Source of the DNA: Ranitomeya imitator
Taxonomy: Eukaryota
Length of the DNA stretch: 64,000 nt
Direction of reading: 5' to 3'
NCBI RefSeq assembly: GCF_032444005.1
Contig: NC_091285.1
Span: 482,360,001-482,424,000 of the forward strand
Below, one piece after another: positions 1 through 11,984 of this stretch (its first letter is position 1; each line of letters begins with the position of its first letter). The notes beneath the pieces were generated by a model. It was not told the DNA's origin and ran no database searches. It saw only the letters and a program-made list of their open reading frames with translations. Both the position numbers and the translations under genes were made by a program.

Positions 1-849
1 TATATAGTTTTATAAGAAAAGTTTTTTCTGGGTTAGAGTGTTGGAGAATTCGAGTTCCATTTCCAGTTCTAGTTCTGAGAGAAGTCTAGTCAGGTGTAAG
101 TGAGTGGAAACAAAGCTAGACATTATAGTACTAGCAGTTTCTAAGAAAAGTAGATGCAGCAGAGGCGCGAAGACTGTCAATTCAAATCTACTCACTGCAT
201 GAGGATACATCTGAAGCTTCATCTGTACGCCAGAAAAGCCTTGGGCCTGAGGTCCAGAAGAGGTATTGAGTGCCATACCTCTGTCCCCCCTGTGAGGAAG
301 ATGTCGGCCAGGTCGCAGAAAAAGGGAAGGGTGGTGGTCCTCAGGGAAGCTGTTATGCTGGAAGGAGGGTCCTAGGGTCAGCAAGGACAGTTGAGCTGGG
401 GTCAAGTCAGGCACAAGAGAGAAGAAGATTGATATGACAGAAAACAAAGAGAACATCACTAAACAGGGACTCTGCTTTATTATGTATGCTGCAGCCATGT
501 GTAACCAAACTGCACAGTAAAGTTGGGCCTGTTATCCCGGACCCAAAGTCTCCTGTCTTATCTGAAGCTACAGCCGGATCCGCTAACATGGAAGGGGAGG
601 TAACCAGAACTCCTGAAGGAACAGTGAGTAAAGAACAAACTATACAACACCCTACACCTATCTTACTCCTGTTTAGAAGAGAGGTTTCAGGATAAGGAAA
701 ACTCAGTTAAGGACCACAGTCTTCCGGCTTTGTACTTCCCCTTCATGCTCCCCACACAGCATTCCGTGCACTGCCCAAGATTAAGACCACAATCCACAAG
801 CCGTATTGAACATTGTTGCGTTGGACTTTTATCTTTATAATTGTACATA

Positions 850-1100
850 GGGAGGCTATGTGGGGATATGGGGGCTCATGCTAAATATAGGGGGCTATGT
901 GAACGCTCATACTGTATATAGATTGCTATGTGGGGGCTCATATTGTATACTGTTGGACTATTTGTGGACTCATTCTGTATATAAGGGGACTAAGTGAGGG
1001 CTCATACTGTATATAGGGGAACTGAGTGGGAGCTCATACTGTACATAGGAGGACTGTGTGTGGGCTCATATGGTATATAGAGGAATGTGAGTATACTTAA
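850..1100. repeat. Degenerate minisatellite (GGCTCATACTGTATATAGGGGG-like units)
   Basis: About 8 diverged copies of a GGCTCATA(C/T)TGTATATAG motif; similar to the cargo minisatellites of the hAT elements further on. Confidence 0.6.
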
Positions 1101-3244
1101 TTCTACTCAATATTAATTGATACAAATAATAGCAATATACAATAATAAATATAAGTAATATGTTAATATTAATATTGAGGAGAAATAATTTCCCAAACAA
1201 CAGTTATAGTTTCTCATGTGGCCTCTCAGGAAAATTAATTGCCCCACCCCGATCGACATTATATTGACAAAATGTCATTGGAACTCTATTATATTTACCT
1301 GACTGATGTCTGACTCTCAAAAGAACAAATGATGGCCAACTATGAGCCTGCCTGCTAGGGAAGCAAATGGAAATCCAACTTCAGATACTCCTACAGAAAA
1401 AACATCTCAGACTAAGAATACTTTGTTTTTGGTTTAAAATTCTATTGTGTAACAGCGCTCGTATTCTGCAAAACATTTCATAGCATAGCAAAGTCGTGAA
1501 AACCGCAGCACGTGTGGCAATAATAACCCTTATTTGTTACATTGAACAGGTACATCACAACTTAATCTTTATTCTTTTATCTTTCAAATCGTTCTGGTGA
1601 TTAAACGTTTATTTGAGTCCTGTAAAATTTAATGAAGCCACATTTTAGCGAGGCCCATACATCTGATTACTCACAATGTAGCCAACGCACAATTATTTTT
1701 AATAGGTTCTAGCATATATTTTTTTACAGCAGAACTTTACTTGAATGCTCTCCGGGGGAAAATGTTTTTTTTTTTTTAGGAATATAGAAATATCATTAAA
1801 AAAAAAAGAAAAAATAATTGCTTGCAGTGCTGGCCAATATAATAATCATATAGGAACAATGTTTAAAGCCTTAAATTATCCTTACACTTAGACGGCAAGG
1901 GCATGAAAAATAAAATAGCTTAGCTTTTCGCAAAGTCCTGTTGTTGGATTAATTTAAGCCTTTGAGCTTCCGGTAAAAGACAAGAACCACGTGCTGTACT
2001 TAGAGACAAGATCTGTAAATTTTATATGGTGAAATAATGACAGAATACATATAAAAATGCCCTGGAATAAAGGAATGAAAATAAGCAGATCTACAGATAG
2101 ACTGTGGATATGTATAACATAGTTCTACTGGACGGCCGTCAACACACAGTTGATCCAGCAGCAGGCTTGCTTACCGGATAAAGGACTTATTTGCGGAAAT
2201 GCAGGGTCTCAATGAATGCTAATGTGTCTAGAAAGGGTGTTAATTCAGCGGGAAATAAGGAATGTCTGAAAATAGGATAAAAAGCAGCACACAGAGCAGT
2301 AAGTAGGAGAAACAGGTTTAAATGCAAATACAAGTTAAATTGCACATCGCCCCGTAAAGCTGCATCCTGCTTTAGATTTTCCCAAGTCTTCCTGTTCTGT
2401 AAATTGCAAATCATGGGCGCTGAAATTGAATTCCATTCTGCCTTTTGAACATTATTTTTTCTAGCAAGCCAAATAAATAAAGAAAGGATAAGCAAATCAG
2501 GCCATGCAAGCAACCATCTAAAGAGAGAGAAAATAGCACTGATACGCTGTTCTCTGAGCCTCAGTCCATTAATTTCCAGCCCGGGTGGAACCACAAACCT
2601 CACATTAGTAACCTGCGAGATTTGTTTAAGACTTTAGCCTTCATATTCCCAGATGGGTGTTTTAATGTTGACAGCTGTTATAATTCTCAAAGTGGAGCTT
2701 AGGATCTGTCTATCCCTCCGAACAGACACCTGTAATGTGATTCATTTGTTTTCTCCGCTGCTCCTTACGCTCATTTAAAAGTCATTTGCATCTCTTGCCA
2801 TATTGTAGCGTGAACCCTCCCGATGCTGGAGAGGACTGGTTTTGCAGAATTTTCTGGAGAATATCATGGGAAAAACTGATACAAAGCAGATTTCATCTAG
2901 AATAATGCTTAGGATGTGTTCACGCTGAGGTTTTTTTTTAGGGGTTTTTGGAGCAGAAAGTCTCAAACTCTCCAATCAAAACTCATGGGTTTGGTTTTAG
3001 GAGAGTTTCTGCTCCAAAAACTCCTGAAGAAAAAAAAAAACTCAGGGTGAACATACCCTTAGGGCACAAAGCTAACACTAAAATCAGTGCCATCATCCCA
3101 TACCAATCAAAATAAAGTATTCTTCCTAGAAATAAGAAGGTCAGCATCACTACGGATGGCTGCCAAAGCTGGAAAATTACTATTCAGCTATTTCCTGCTC
3201 ATTTGTAGAGCATTATAAGACAATTGTGGACTATCATTATTTAA

Positions 3245-3586
3245 AGAGGACCTGTCACCTCACCGGACCAAAAGTGGCACGTTTTTGGTTTTATTTTATT
3301 TCTGCTGCTCCCATAAGTATTCAATTTGTCATTCATTTTAATCCACCATACAGTTCCAGAGTTATAGGCCACTTTATTTAGTGCTACTTTTTAAGGTCTT
3401 TTACCAAGTGGGGGTTGCTCAGACAGAACAGCCTGAAGACAAGCCCCTACAGAACAGAAGACCATAAATATTAACACTAAAAGACCCAATTCACTGGAAG
3501 TGTAAAAAACCATGAATAGTCAGGAACGTAGTAAGAATAAAATTGGAGCAAATTCCGTCCACTTTTGACCTGGTCACAGGTCCTCT
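3245..3586. mobile_element. T2/Kolobok-type MITE
   Basis: TTAA at 3241-3244, then AGAGGACCTGTCACC...GGTCACAGGTCCTCT terminal inverted repeats; the right TSD is mutated to TTAG. Confidence 0.75.
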
Positions 3587-4874
3587 TTAGGGGAGAGTAT
3601 TTAGAACACATTTTAACCTTATAAAGTCTAGTACTATAGAAGGATGAATTTGTAAAGTGGAGGTAAACTAGCCAACTAACCATTCAAGATAGTATATGGC
3701 TCTGTTAGCCTATTCCTCAAAATATTGGCGCCAAGTCTTTTTTCTAAAGTTAGGTCTAAACAACAATTTATGTTACTTATTGTGTGACTTTGGCATCGGA
3801 AACCAAGGCAGTCAAGCTGCATCACTTTTACATTTATTTCTACTGAGAAGTCACTCAAGCACGGAAAGTTGATTCCTCCAAACCATGAAAAAACTGCATC
3901 ATACCAATGAGGTTGCATGACCTTCCTGGATCCTAATAAGTATAGGAGAATAAATATGTCCCATATACATTATTTCTCTCGTTACGATCCAGCATAAAAA
4001 TAAATATAAAATCCACCAAATGACACTTTGTGAACTTGTCCCTAAAATTATAATTTTCTCTGAAAAATGGCCAAAGAATGTTGATTTGTTATTAAACACA
4101 GAGTAATAAGAGTGGCAGAAATTTCCCCAACCTATTCATATAAATGGGACATATAAAAATGTATCAGTTTTCCTTCAAAATAATCCCTGTAAATTTTATG
4201 TACCGTAACTGGTTTTCAGAGAAATCTTTTTTGCAATAATGTGAATATATTCTCTCCAAGGTTCCTATCTGTGGTCACACAATTATTTTTCTGTGAGCAT
4301 TGCATTCTTCTCTCATGTAGTTTGTGGTACATGGAATGGAAAAAATTTGAAAAAACAAGTCCCGAGTGACTGATTTAGTAAACAATAAGTAGGACAGTGC
4401 TGTGCTGCCACCTGCAGTTGTGCTGCTATATAGTTATCTAAAGATGCTACTGTTTACTATCTAAATATCCAGTATTACAAATATGTTAATGAACTTGGTG
4501 TCTCATAGCTTTCTACATCTTGCATTTTTCACATATTTCAGAGATGCCCAGCCAATCTAAACCTTAAGACTACTATCTTTTGTTTTCAACCTGTGCATCC
4601 AGTATTGATCCGAAGTGTTCCAAATAGTAGTGCTCATTGCAGTCTGTCCTCACACTAGGGCCTTCTTGGTGGAAAAACTTTACCGAAATTTCTCTCTGTT
4701 GTGCAACTGAAGAAGTGTAAGTGAAACAATAATATCAATAATATCAACATAAACTTGACATTAGCATTGATCTGTCCATAACATTGTGCCAGCCGATACT
4801 AATGTTCATAAAGCTTCTCTATTTCTATAGTAATTTCTATAGAGTAGTTACTCCTATGAAAGCATCCATATTAA

Positions 4875-5495
4875 AGGGAACCTGTCACCCCTAAAATCGA
4901 AGGAGAGCTAAGGCCACCGGCATCAGGGGCTTATCTACAGCATTCTGTAATGCTGTAGATAAGCCCCCGATGTATCCTGAAAGATGAGAAAAAGAGGTTA
5001 GATTATACTCACCCAGGGGCGGTCCTGCTGCGGTTCTGGTCCGATGGGCATCGCGGTCCGGTCCTAGGCCTCCCATCTTCTTACGATGACGTCCTCTTCT
5101 TGTCTTCACGCTGATGATCCGGCGCAGGCGTACTTTGTCTGCCTGTTGAGGGGAGAGCAAAGTACTGCAGTGCGCAGGCACCGGGAAAGGTCAGAGAGGC
5201 TCAGATCCTGCGCACTGCAGTACTTTGCTCTGCCCTCAACAGGGCAGACAAAGTACGCCTGTGCAGGAGCCACGGCAGGAAGACAAGAAGAAGACGTCAT
5301 CCTATGAAGATGGAAGGCCCTGGACCGTGATGCCCATCGGATCGGACCACCCGCTCAGTTGAGTATAATCTAACCTCTTTTTCTATCTTTCAGGATACAT
5401 CGGGGGCTTATCTACAGCATTACAGAATGCTGTAGATAAGCCCCTGATTCCGGTGGGCTTAGCTCACCTTCGATTTTGGGGATGACAGGTTCCCT
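4875..5495. mobile_element. T2/Kolobok-type MITE, near-complete 620-bp palindrome
   Basis: TTAA TSD at 4871-4874 and 5496-5499; AGGGAACCTGTCA termini; the arms are complementary over almost the whole length. Confidence 0.9.
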
Positions 5496-5727
5496 TTAAC
5501 TTGACAGCCATAATGCATCTTAAAAGTCCTAAACTGCTTTGTACTTCTCTAATTTTACCAGATATTTTTCCAGTGGTATAAAAATGCCTTCTTCACTGGG
5601 GGAGCGACAATCTTAGCATTTTACAGCGTCTCTCCTGCAAGAAGGCGGAAACTAAGCAGGTCGAGAAACACACTTCCTAGTTTAGTGTAGCCCGCACAGA
5701 TCTTGGTCTGTCTGTGCTTTGGGTTAA

Positions 5728-6856
5728 AGGGAATCTGTCACCAGGCTTTGGCTACCTCATCTGAGAGCAGCATAATATAGGAGCAGATTCCATCCATATA
5801 CAAGTGCATCTCACAAAATTAGAATATCATCAAAAGTTCAGTTATTTCAGTTCTTCAATACAAAAAGTGAAACTCATATAGAGTCATTACAAACAGTGTG
5901 ATCTATTTCAAGTGTTTATGTATGTTAATGTTGATGATTATGGCTTACCACCAATGAAAACCCAAAAGTCATTATCTCAGTAAATTAGAATACTTTATAA
6001 CACCAGCTTGAAAAAAATATTTCAAAATCCAAATGTTGGCCTACTGAAATGTATGGTTCAGTAAATGCACTCAATACTTGGTCGGGGATCCATTGGCATC
6101 AATTAGTGCATCAATACGGCATGGCATGAAAGCGATCAGCCTGTGGCACTGCTGAAGTGTTATGTAAGCCCAGGTTGCTTAGATAGCAGCCTTCAGCTCG
6201 CCTGCATTGTTGGATCCGGTGTCTCTCATCTTTCTCTTGACAATACGCCATAGATTATCTGTGGGGTTAAGGTCAGGTGAGATTTCTGGCCAATCAAGCA
6301 CAATGATACTGTTGTTTTTAAACCAGGTATTGGTACTTTTGGCAGTGTGGACAGGTGTCAATTTCTGCTGGAGAATTTAATTTCCATCTCCAAATAGCTT
6401 GTCGGCAGAGGGAAACATGAAGTGCTCTTAAATTTCCTGGTAGATCGCTGCGCTGACTTTGGTCTTGATAAAACACAGTGGACCTACACCACCAGATGAC
6501 ATGGCTCCCCAAACCATCACTGATTGTGGAAACTTCACCTATGACACACTTATAGGAGGAATCGTTACAGTAGCATTTGCTGTTTGCGCGGTAATTCTGT
6601 GTTCTGTTTATAGGACCTCATTCTGACAATCAGTTTGATCAACCCCTTTGCTCTGATCCACTATTTTCCTGGTATTCTGACCTTGGACCGTGACCAGACT
6701 TTGCCTTCTCCCTTTGTTTACTAGGTGCTCTCTTGGTATCTGACCCCAAAACGTTTGACTACCCTGCCTCACGGTTTGTCCGTAAGTGGTGACTAGTGCT
6801 ACACTACCTCATTCTGTCCTCAGATTACATTGCAAAAACCTGATAACAGATCCCCT
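5728..6856. mobile_element. Kolobok-type MITE split by a Tc1 fragment and an LTR-like fragment
   Basis: Left end TTAA-AGGGAATCTGTCACCAGG at 5724; matching right end CCTGATAACAGATCCCCT at about 6856. Confidence 0.6.
5801..6538 (-). mobile_element. Degenerate Tc1 fragment (transposase C-terminus plus one TIR)
   Basis: TA then CAAGTGCATCTCACAAAATTAGAATAT TIR; minus-strand translation gives WPEISPDLNPTDNLW and QSVMVWGAMS-type Tc1 motifs with stops and frameshifts. Confidence 0.85.
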
Positions 6857-8859
6857 TTCAAAGAAAAAAAAAACCTCTAATATTAAGTAATTTAGAAAAA
6901 ATTATTACACTGCAAAGTCCTGCACTATAATCGTTTTTCTTTTGAAAGCAGAGATAAGTTTGAAGCTTACACATCAGGGCACAGTTTAACACTGTTTATT
7001 AATAAGTGCAATTGTATGATATTTCATGCACAATCGAACATATTTTTGTATTTGTAAGACAACCACTTTAAAAGCGAATTGCCAGTCAGTGGCCACTAAA
7101 ATGCAGGTATCTCTTCTTGTGCCAATGTCGCCAGCATCAGAGTAGAAACAACGTAAAAAAAGGTGACAGATGTGTTGCACTTGATCCTGAACATATGTTG
7201 GTACGTTTGTAGCCACACTGCTCATACTTATAGAGTTATGGACATATTATTTTGGATGTTGCCACATTTCCTAAATTAACATTTACAGGTGTAAATGGCC
7301 ATTAGTCATTTTACTCCTGCACGCCACTAATTCCTACTCACAGCAAGGCAAGAGTTGGCAGAAGCAGAACATTTTACTTATAAAGGGTTAGCCAACTAGT
7401 AGCCTTAAGGCACCTCATTGTGAGCTCAAGGGACCTCGAATGTTTCCATCGGCACTATTAGACCAGATAATATTTTAATTGGATCTGGCACAAGGACGCT
7501 CATTTACAACACATGAAATGTTTGCACAACACTGATTTGCAGTAACAGTATTATCCATCATATTAAATAGATGCGCGCCGGAGCTGGCCAATGGTTAAAA
7601 CCTTTTTGCAAAGTAAACAGGAGAATTATTAAGACACAGTACAGTGATTTTTGTTCTTGAGACAGTTTGTGGATTAATGGGGCACTTTCCCTTATCATCC
7701 TTTCTCCCATACTGCTCCCAGCTATGAACAAACTGCTGATGGAGTCAGCACTTCCAGGGCGTGATCCTGGGTCCTCAGCACAATATTTCACAGCCTTATC
7801 CTCATAATGAATTACTTTTTTAATGATACTTCTGCAAACATATGGTGAGTGGAAATGTTGAACAAACAAGACTGTTTCTCTTAAGTGATCGCTCCAGTTA
7901 ACCCTTTATGCCACTGACTGCTGCAGATTTACAGCTACTCACCTGGTGAATTATTCAAGATTTCATACATTTGTTGGAAGAGAACTGCCATCGCTTTCCT
8001 GGCAGCTTATACTCAAATAAATGATGTTTCCAATTAAACTGATGTTAAAAATTTAACAGTATTAGGCTGATCATGTCTTTCTGTTTTCTCATAGACATAT
8101 GGTAAGCATAAAAGTATCATCTACAGAATAGGTCTACCCTGCAACGTTTATCACTGTCACCCCAGATATTCACCAGCGCATAAGAATACCACATTTTGTC
8201 ATGAATAACATTTAATTGGATGTGATAACACATGGCCACAACATAGTGACTGAAAACATGTAGGGCCCCATAGTATAGAGGGGAAGATAATCCAAAGCCA
8301 CCTGTTTCATGGTGACATGTAGATCTATCTGTAGAACACAGGCCCACCACTAACATAATAATATACATCATGGTGCATACTTCTTGGTTTCCTCCATAAA
8401 CAAATATAAAGATTCACTGGAGCTAGCTTCATTGAATAAATAGAAATGTGATATATTATTTATCTATTATTTGCACTCAGTAGCAACAAGCAGACCCAGT
8501 CATCTGAATAGGACTAGCGGAAAGCAATAACTTTGCTGTGGGAAGAACCCCAGCCATATGTGTGGGACACGAACTCTGCAGCTTGTGAATAGACGGGGTA
8601 AAGTTTCAGTGTCGGACTAAGAAGCCAAGGGCCCACCAGTAACATTGACTAAGGGGCCTACTGTTCAGCTACATACAAATATTACATTATTCTAATTTCC
8701 GAACTTACCTCTGCTTCTATATAATAATAAGCTGGGTAGTTTGCTACATGAATGATGAGATGACACCTGTGTCTGTACAAAGTGAATCACGAGTAAAGTG
8801 CTAACTACTGTTTATGTAAAGGGGTTGGAGGCCTATTCTTACACAGGTGTGCATCGGGA

Positions 8860-9276
8860 TAGTCACTCGTTTCCCTGAGAGCCCCGCTGCCAGGAGGAAA
8901 TTAACTTTATTCCTCCCTGGCAGCCTCCGGCTGGAGGTGCAGCCGGCGTGGCTTCAGTCACGGCTCAGTACACAGTGACCAACGACTGTAACCATCCGGG
9001 ACTGACAACCATCTCAGCATTAGAGCCAGCTGTCAATCAGTGGTGGGGCGTGGTTACAGCCACTGCTCACTATGTACTTGGTGGTGACAGAAGCCACACC
9101 GGCGCCTCTACTGTGACTGAAAGCCCGAGGCTGCTGGGAGGAATAAAGTTCACTTCCTCCTGGCAATGGGGCTCTCAGTGCTGGCACCAGGCAGCTACAG
9201 AAAGCCAATAACCAGCAGATTAGCTCCATATCTGCAGGCAAATAGAAGTTTTTTTTACATGATAGGTTCCATTTAA
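8860..9276. mobile_element. Truncated palindromic Kolobok-type MITE
   Basis: Internal inverted repeat GAGAGCCCC...CCAGGAGGAAATTAACTTTATTCCTCCC / GGGAGGAATAAAGTT...GGGGCTCTC; right end GATAGGTTCCATTTAA. Confidence 0.55.
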
Positions 9277-10263
9277 ATGAATAATGACACAGTGTAATTT
9301 GTTATGTGGTGTTGTTCTTCTAAGGTTGTATTTATCTAAGATTGTCTAAGATCCTTATAATTTTTTTTCCATTATATCCTGATACATAACACCATGGAAT
9401 TCAAAGAGGGAGTACTTATTGATAGACTGGATTTATCTGTGTTTCTTTAAATGAACAAATTCCGTATTTCAACCAGTTTTTGTAAGTACCGTAATTACGA
9501 TTTTAATTATGTGTTTTCACTTTGTTTCACTATTGTATTTGTAAAATAATGTTGTCATTAACCTATAAAAGGAAATGACATCACGTAATTACACACCTGG
9601 ACCCGTTGAAGCATCAAGCAGGCGAAACGGCCATCGTCCGTCTGTGTTCCCCGCATTCCTCTACACATCTGCCCACACCCCCGGTCTCCTTGTTCAAGCC
9701 TTGGATGGCATCATAAAGGACTCTGGTTAACAGCAATCCGGTGAGTGCTGCACATTTTTTTCTGCAAACACTAGTGTACTTATTTTTTTTGCATGACTGT
9801 ACTTTTAAGTATGTGAAAAATGGACAAATTATAGAAATGGTCTTGATGTAACAATATTAATATTATATTCACACAATGGAAAAAATATATCTATATGGCT
9901 AAAATAACTGTATACACTTTTTACAAAAGTATTTGGAAATGTTGTTATTTGAAACTTTGATGGATGGCGCCCTCTTCTGTAAGGCTCTCCAAACTACATT
10001 TCTAAGCTTTGTTGAATTCTGTCATCTAGATAACACACAAGGTATTTTGGTCAGACATGAAGAATAAACAGAGGAAACTATAATTTTGAGATGCAAATAC
10101 TGCATAATGTTCCCAGCTGTAACTGGTAAGTAATGAAGGGGATACGGCACTCACCAGAGACTGTCAGATGATTGGTGAGAATGCTGGGAGATGGACTCCA
10201 TCAGCGTCGGACTGGAGCACCTTGGGTCCACCAGAGAAAATCGCTCTTGGGGCCCATTATGTA

Positions 10264-11857
10264 CAGTGCCTACAAGTAGTATTCAACCCCCTGCAGATTT
10301 AGCAGATTTACACATTTGGAATTAACTTGGCATTGTGACATTTGGACTGTACATCAGCCTGGAAGTGTGAAATGCACTGCAGCAAAAAAGAATGTTATTT
10401 CTTTGTTTATTTTTTTTTTAAATTGTGAAAAGTCTTTTCAGAGGGTCATTTATTATTCAACCCCTCAACCCACCAGAATTCTGTTTGGTTCCCCTAAAGT
10501 ATTAAGAAGTAGTTCAGGCACAAAGAACAATGAGCTTCACATGTTTGGATTAATTATCTCTTTTTCCAGCCTTTTCTGACTATTTAAGACCCTCCCCAAA
10601 CTTGTGAACAGCACTCATACATGGTCAACATGGGAAAGACAAAGGAGCATTCCAAGGCCATCAGAGACAAGATCGTGGAGGGTCACAAGGCTGGCAAGGG
10701 GTACAAAACCCTTTCCAAGGAGTTGGGCCTACTTGTCTCCACTGTAGGGAGCATCATCCAGAAGTGGAAGGCTTATGGAACTACTGTTAGCCTTCCACGG
10801 CCTGGACAGCCTTTGAAAGTTTCCTCCCGTGCCGAGGCCAGGCTTGTCCGAAGAGTCAAGGCTAACCCAAGGACAACAAGGAAGGAGCTCCAGGAAGATC
10901 TCATGGCAGTGGGGACATTGGTTTCAGTCAATACCATAAGTAACGTACTCCACCACAATGGTCTCCGTTCCAGACGAGCCCGTAAGGTACCTTTACTTTC
11001 AAAGCGTCATGTCAAGGCTCGTCTACAGTTTGCTCATGATCACTTGGAGGACTCTGAGACTGGCTGGTTCAAGGTTCTCTGGTCTGATGAGACCAAGATC
11101 GAGATCTTTGGTGCCAACCACACACGTGACGTTTGGAGACTGGATGGCACTGCATACGACCCCAAGAATACCATCCCTACAGTCAAGCATGGTGGTGGCA
11201 GCATCATGCTGTGGGGCTGTTTCTCAGCCAAGGGGCTTGGCCATCTGGTCCGCATCCATGGGAAGATGGATAGCACGGCCTACCTGGAGATTTTGGCCAA
11301 GAACCTCCGCTCCTCCATCAAGGATCTTAAGATGGGTCGTCATTTCATCTTCCAACAAGACAACGACCCAAAGCACACAGCCAAGAAAACCAAGGCCTGG
11401 TTCAAGAGGCAAAAAATCAAGGTGTTGCAGTGGCCTAGTCAGTCTCCTGACCTTAACCCAATTGAAAACTTGTGGAAGGAGCTCAAGATTAAAGTCCACA
11501 TGAGACACCCAAAGAACCTAGATAACGTGGAGAAGATCTGCATGGAGGAGTGGGCCAAGATAACTCCAGAGACCTGTGGCGGCCTGATCAGGTCTTATAA
11601 AAGACGATTATTAGCTGTAATTGCAAACAAAGGTTATTCCACAAAATATTAAACCTAGGGGTTGAATAATAATTGACCCACACTTTTATGTTTAAAATTT
11701 ATAAAAATTTGACTGAGCAACAAAACATTTTGGTTTGTAAGATTTATGCATCTGTTAATAAATCCTGCTCTTGTTTGAAGTTTGAAGGCTCTAACTTATT
11801 TGCATCTTATTAAACCTGCTAAATCTGCAGGGGGTTGAATACTACTTGTAGGCACTG
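10264..11857 (+). mobile_element. Full-length Tc1 element, IR/DR type
   Basis: TA TSD at 10262-10263 and 11858-11859; 42-bp perfect outer TIR CAGTGCCTACAAGTAGTATTCAACCCCCTGCAGATTTAGCAG; inner TTATTATTCAACCCCT repeats near 10430 and 11660; the empty site is visible in the sister hAT copy near 18750. Confidence 0.97.
10630..11652 (+). CDS. Intact Tc1 transposase, DD34E (340 aa from MGKTKE; ORF open from 10621)
   Basis: Paired-like HTH N-terminus, GRP-like motif (PGQP), WSDETK, QQDNDPKH, SPDLNPIENLW; 34 residues counted between the second D and E; no stops. Confidence 0.95.
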   Translation: MGKTKEHSKAIRDKIVEGHKAGKGYKTLSKELGLLVSTVGSIIQKWKAYGTTVSLPRPGQPLKVSSRAEARLVRRVKANPRTTRKELQEDLMAVGTLVSVNTISNVLHHNGLRSRRARKVPLLSKRHVKARLQFAHDHLEDSETGWFKVLWSDETKIEIFGANHTRDVWRLDGTAYDPKNTIPTVKHGGGSIMLWGCFSAKGLGHLVRIHGKMDSTAYLEILAKNLRSSIKDLKMGRHFIFQQDNDPKHTAKKTKAWFKRQKIKVLQWPSQSPDLNPIENLWKELKIKVHMRHPKNLDNVEKICMEEWAKITPETCGGLIRSYKRRLLAVIANKGYSTKY

Positions 11858-11984
11858 TAGCTACATAGAAATAAATTCAAGACCATCAATTGGGTGGTAA
11901 AACACGCTAATATCAGGGTATAATATAAGGTAGTACACGTCTTAATTATGTAGCAGGGGTTGGGGTAGCCCCCTCATAGAATAT

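Noticed and set aside
8094-8107. Plus-strand 7-nt micro-exon (TTCTCATAG/ACATATG/GTAAGC)
   Set aside because: The splice signals look good, but no partner exons or frame could be established, and such matches occur by chance.
9590-9660. Possible hammerhead CCGTTGAAGC...GCGAAACGGCCATCGTC
   Set aside because: The core lacks CUGANGA and helix I is not convincing; at best a heavily decayed PLE remnant.
10773-11508. Alternative-frame and antisense ORFs within the Tc1
   Set aside because: Shadows of the transposase ORF.
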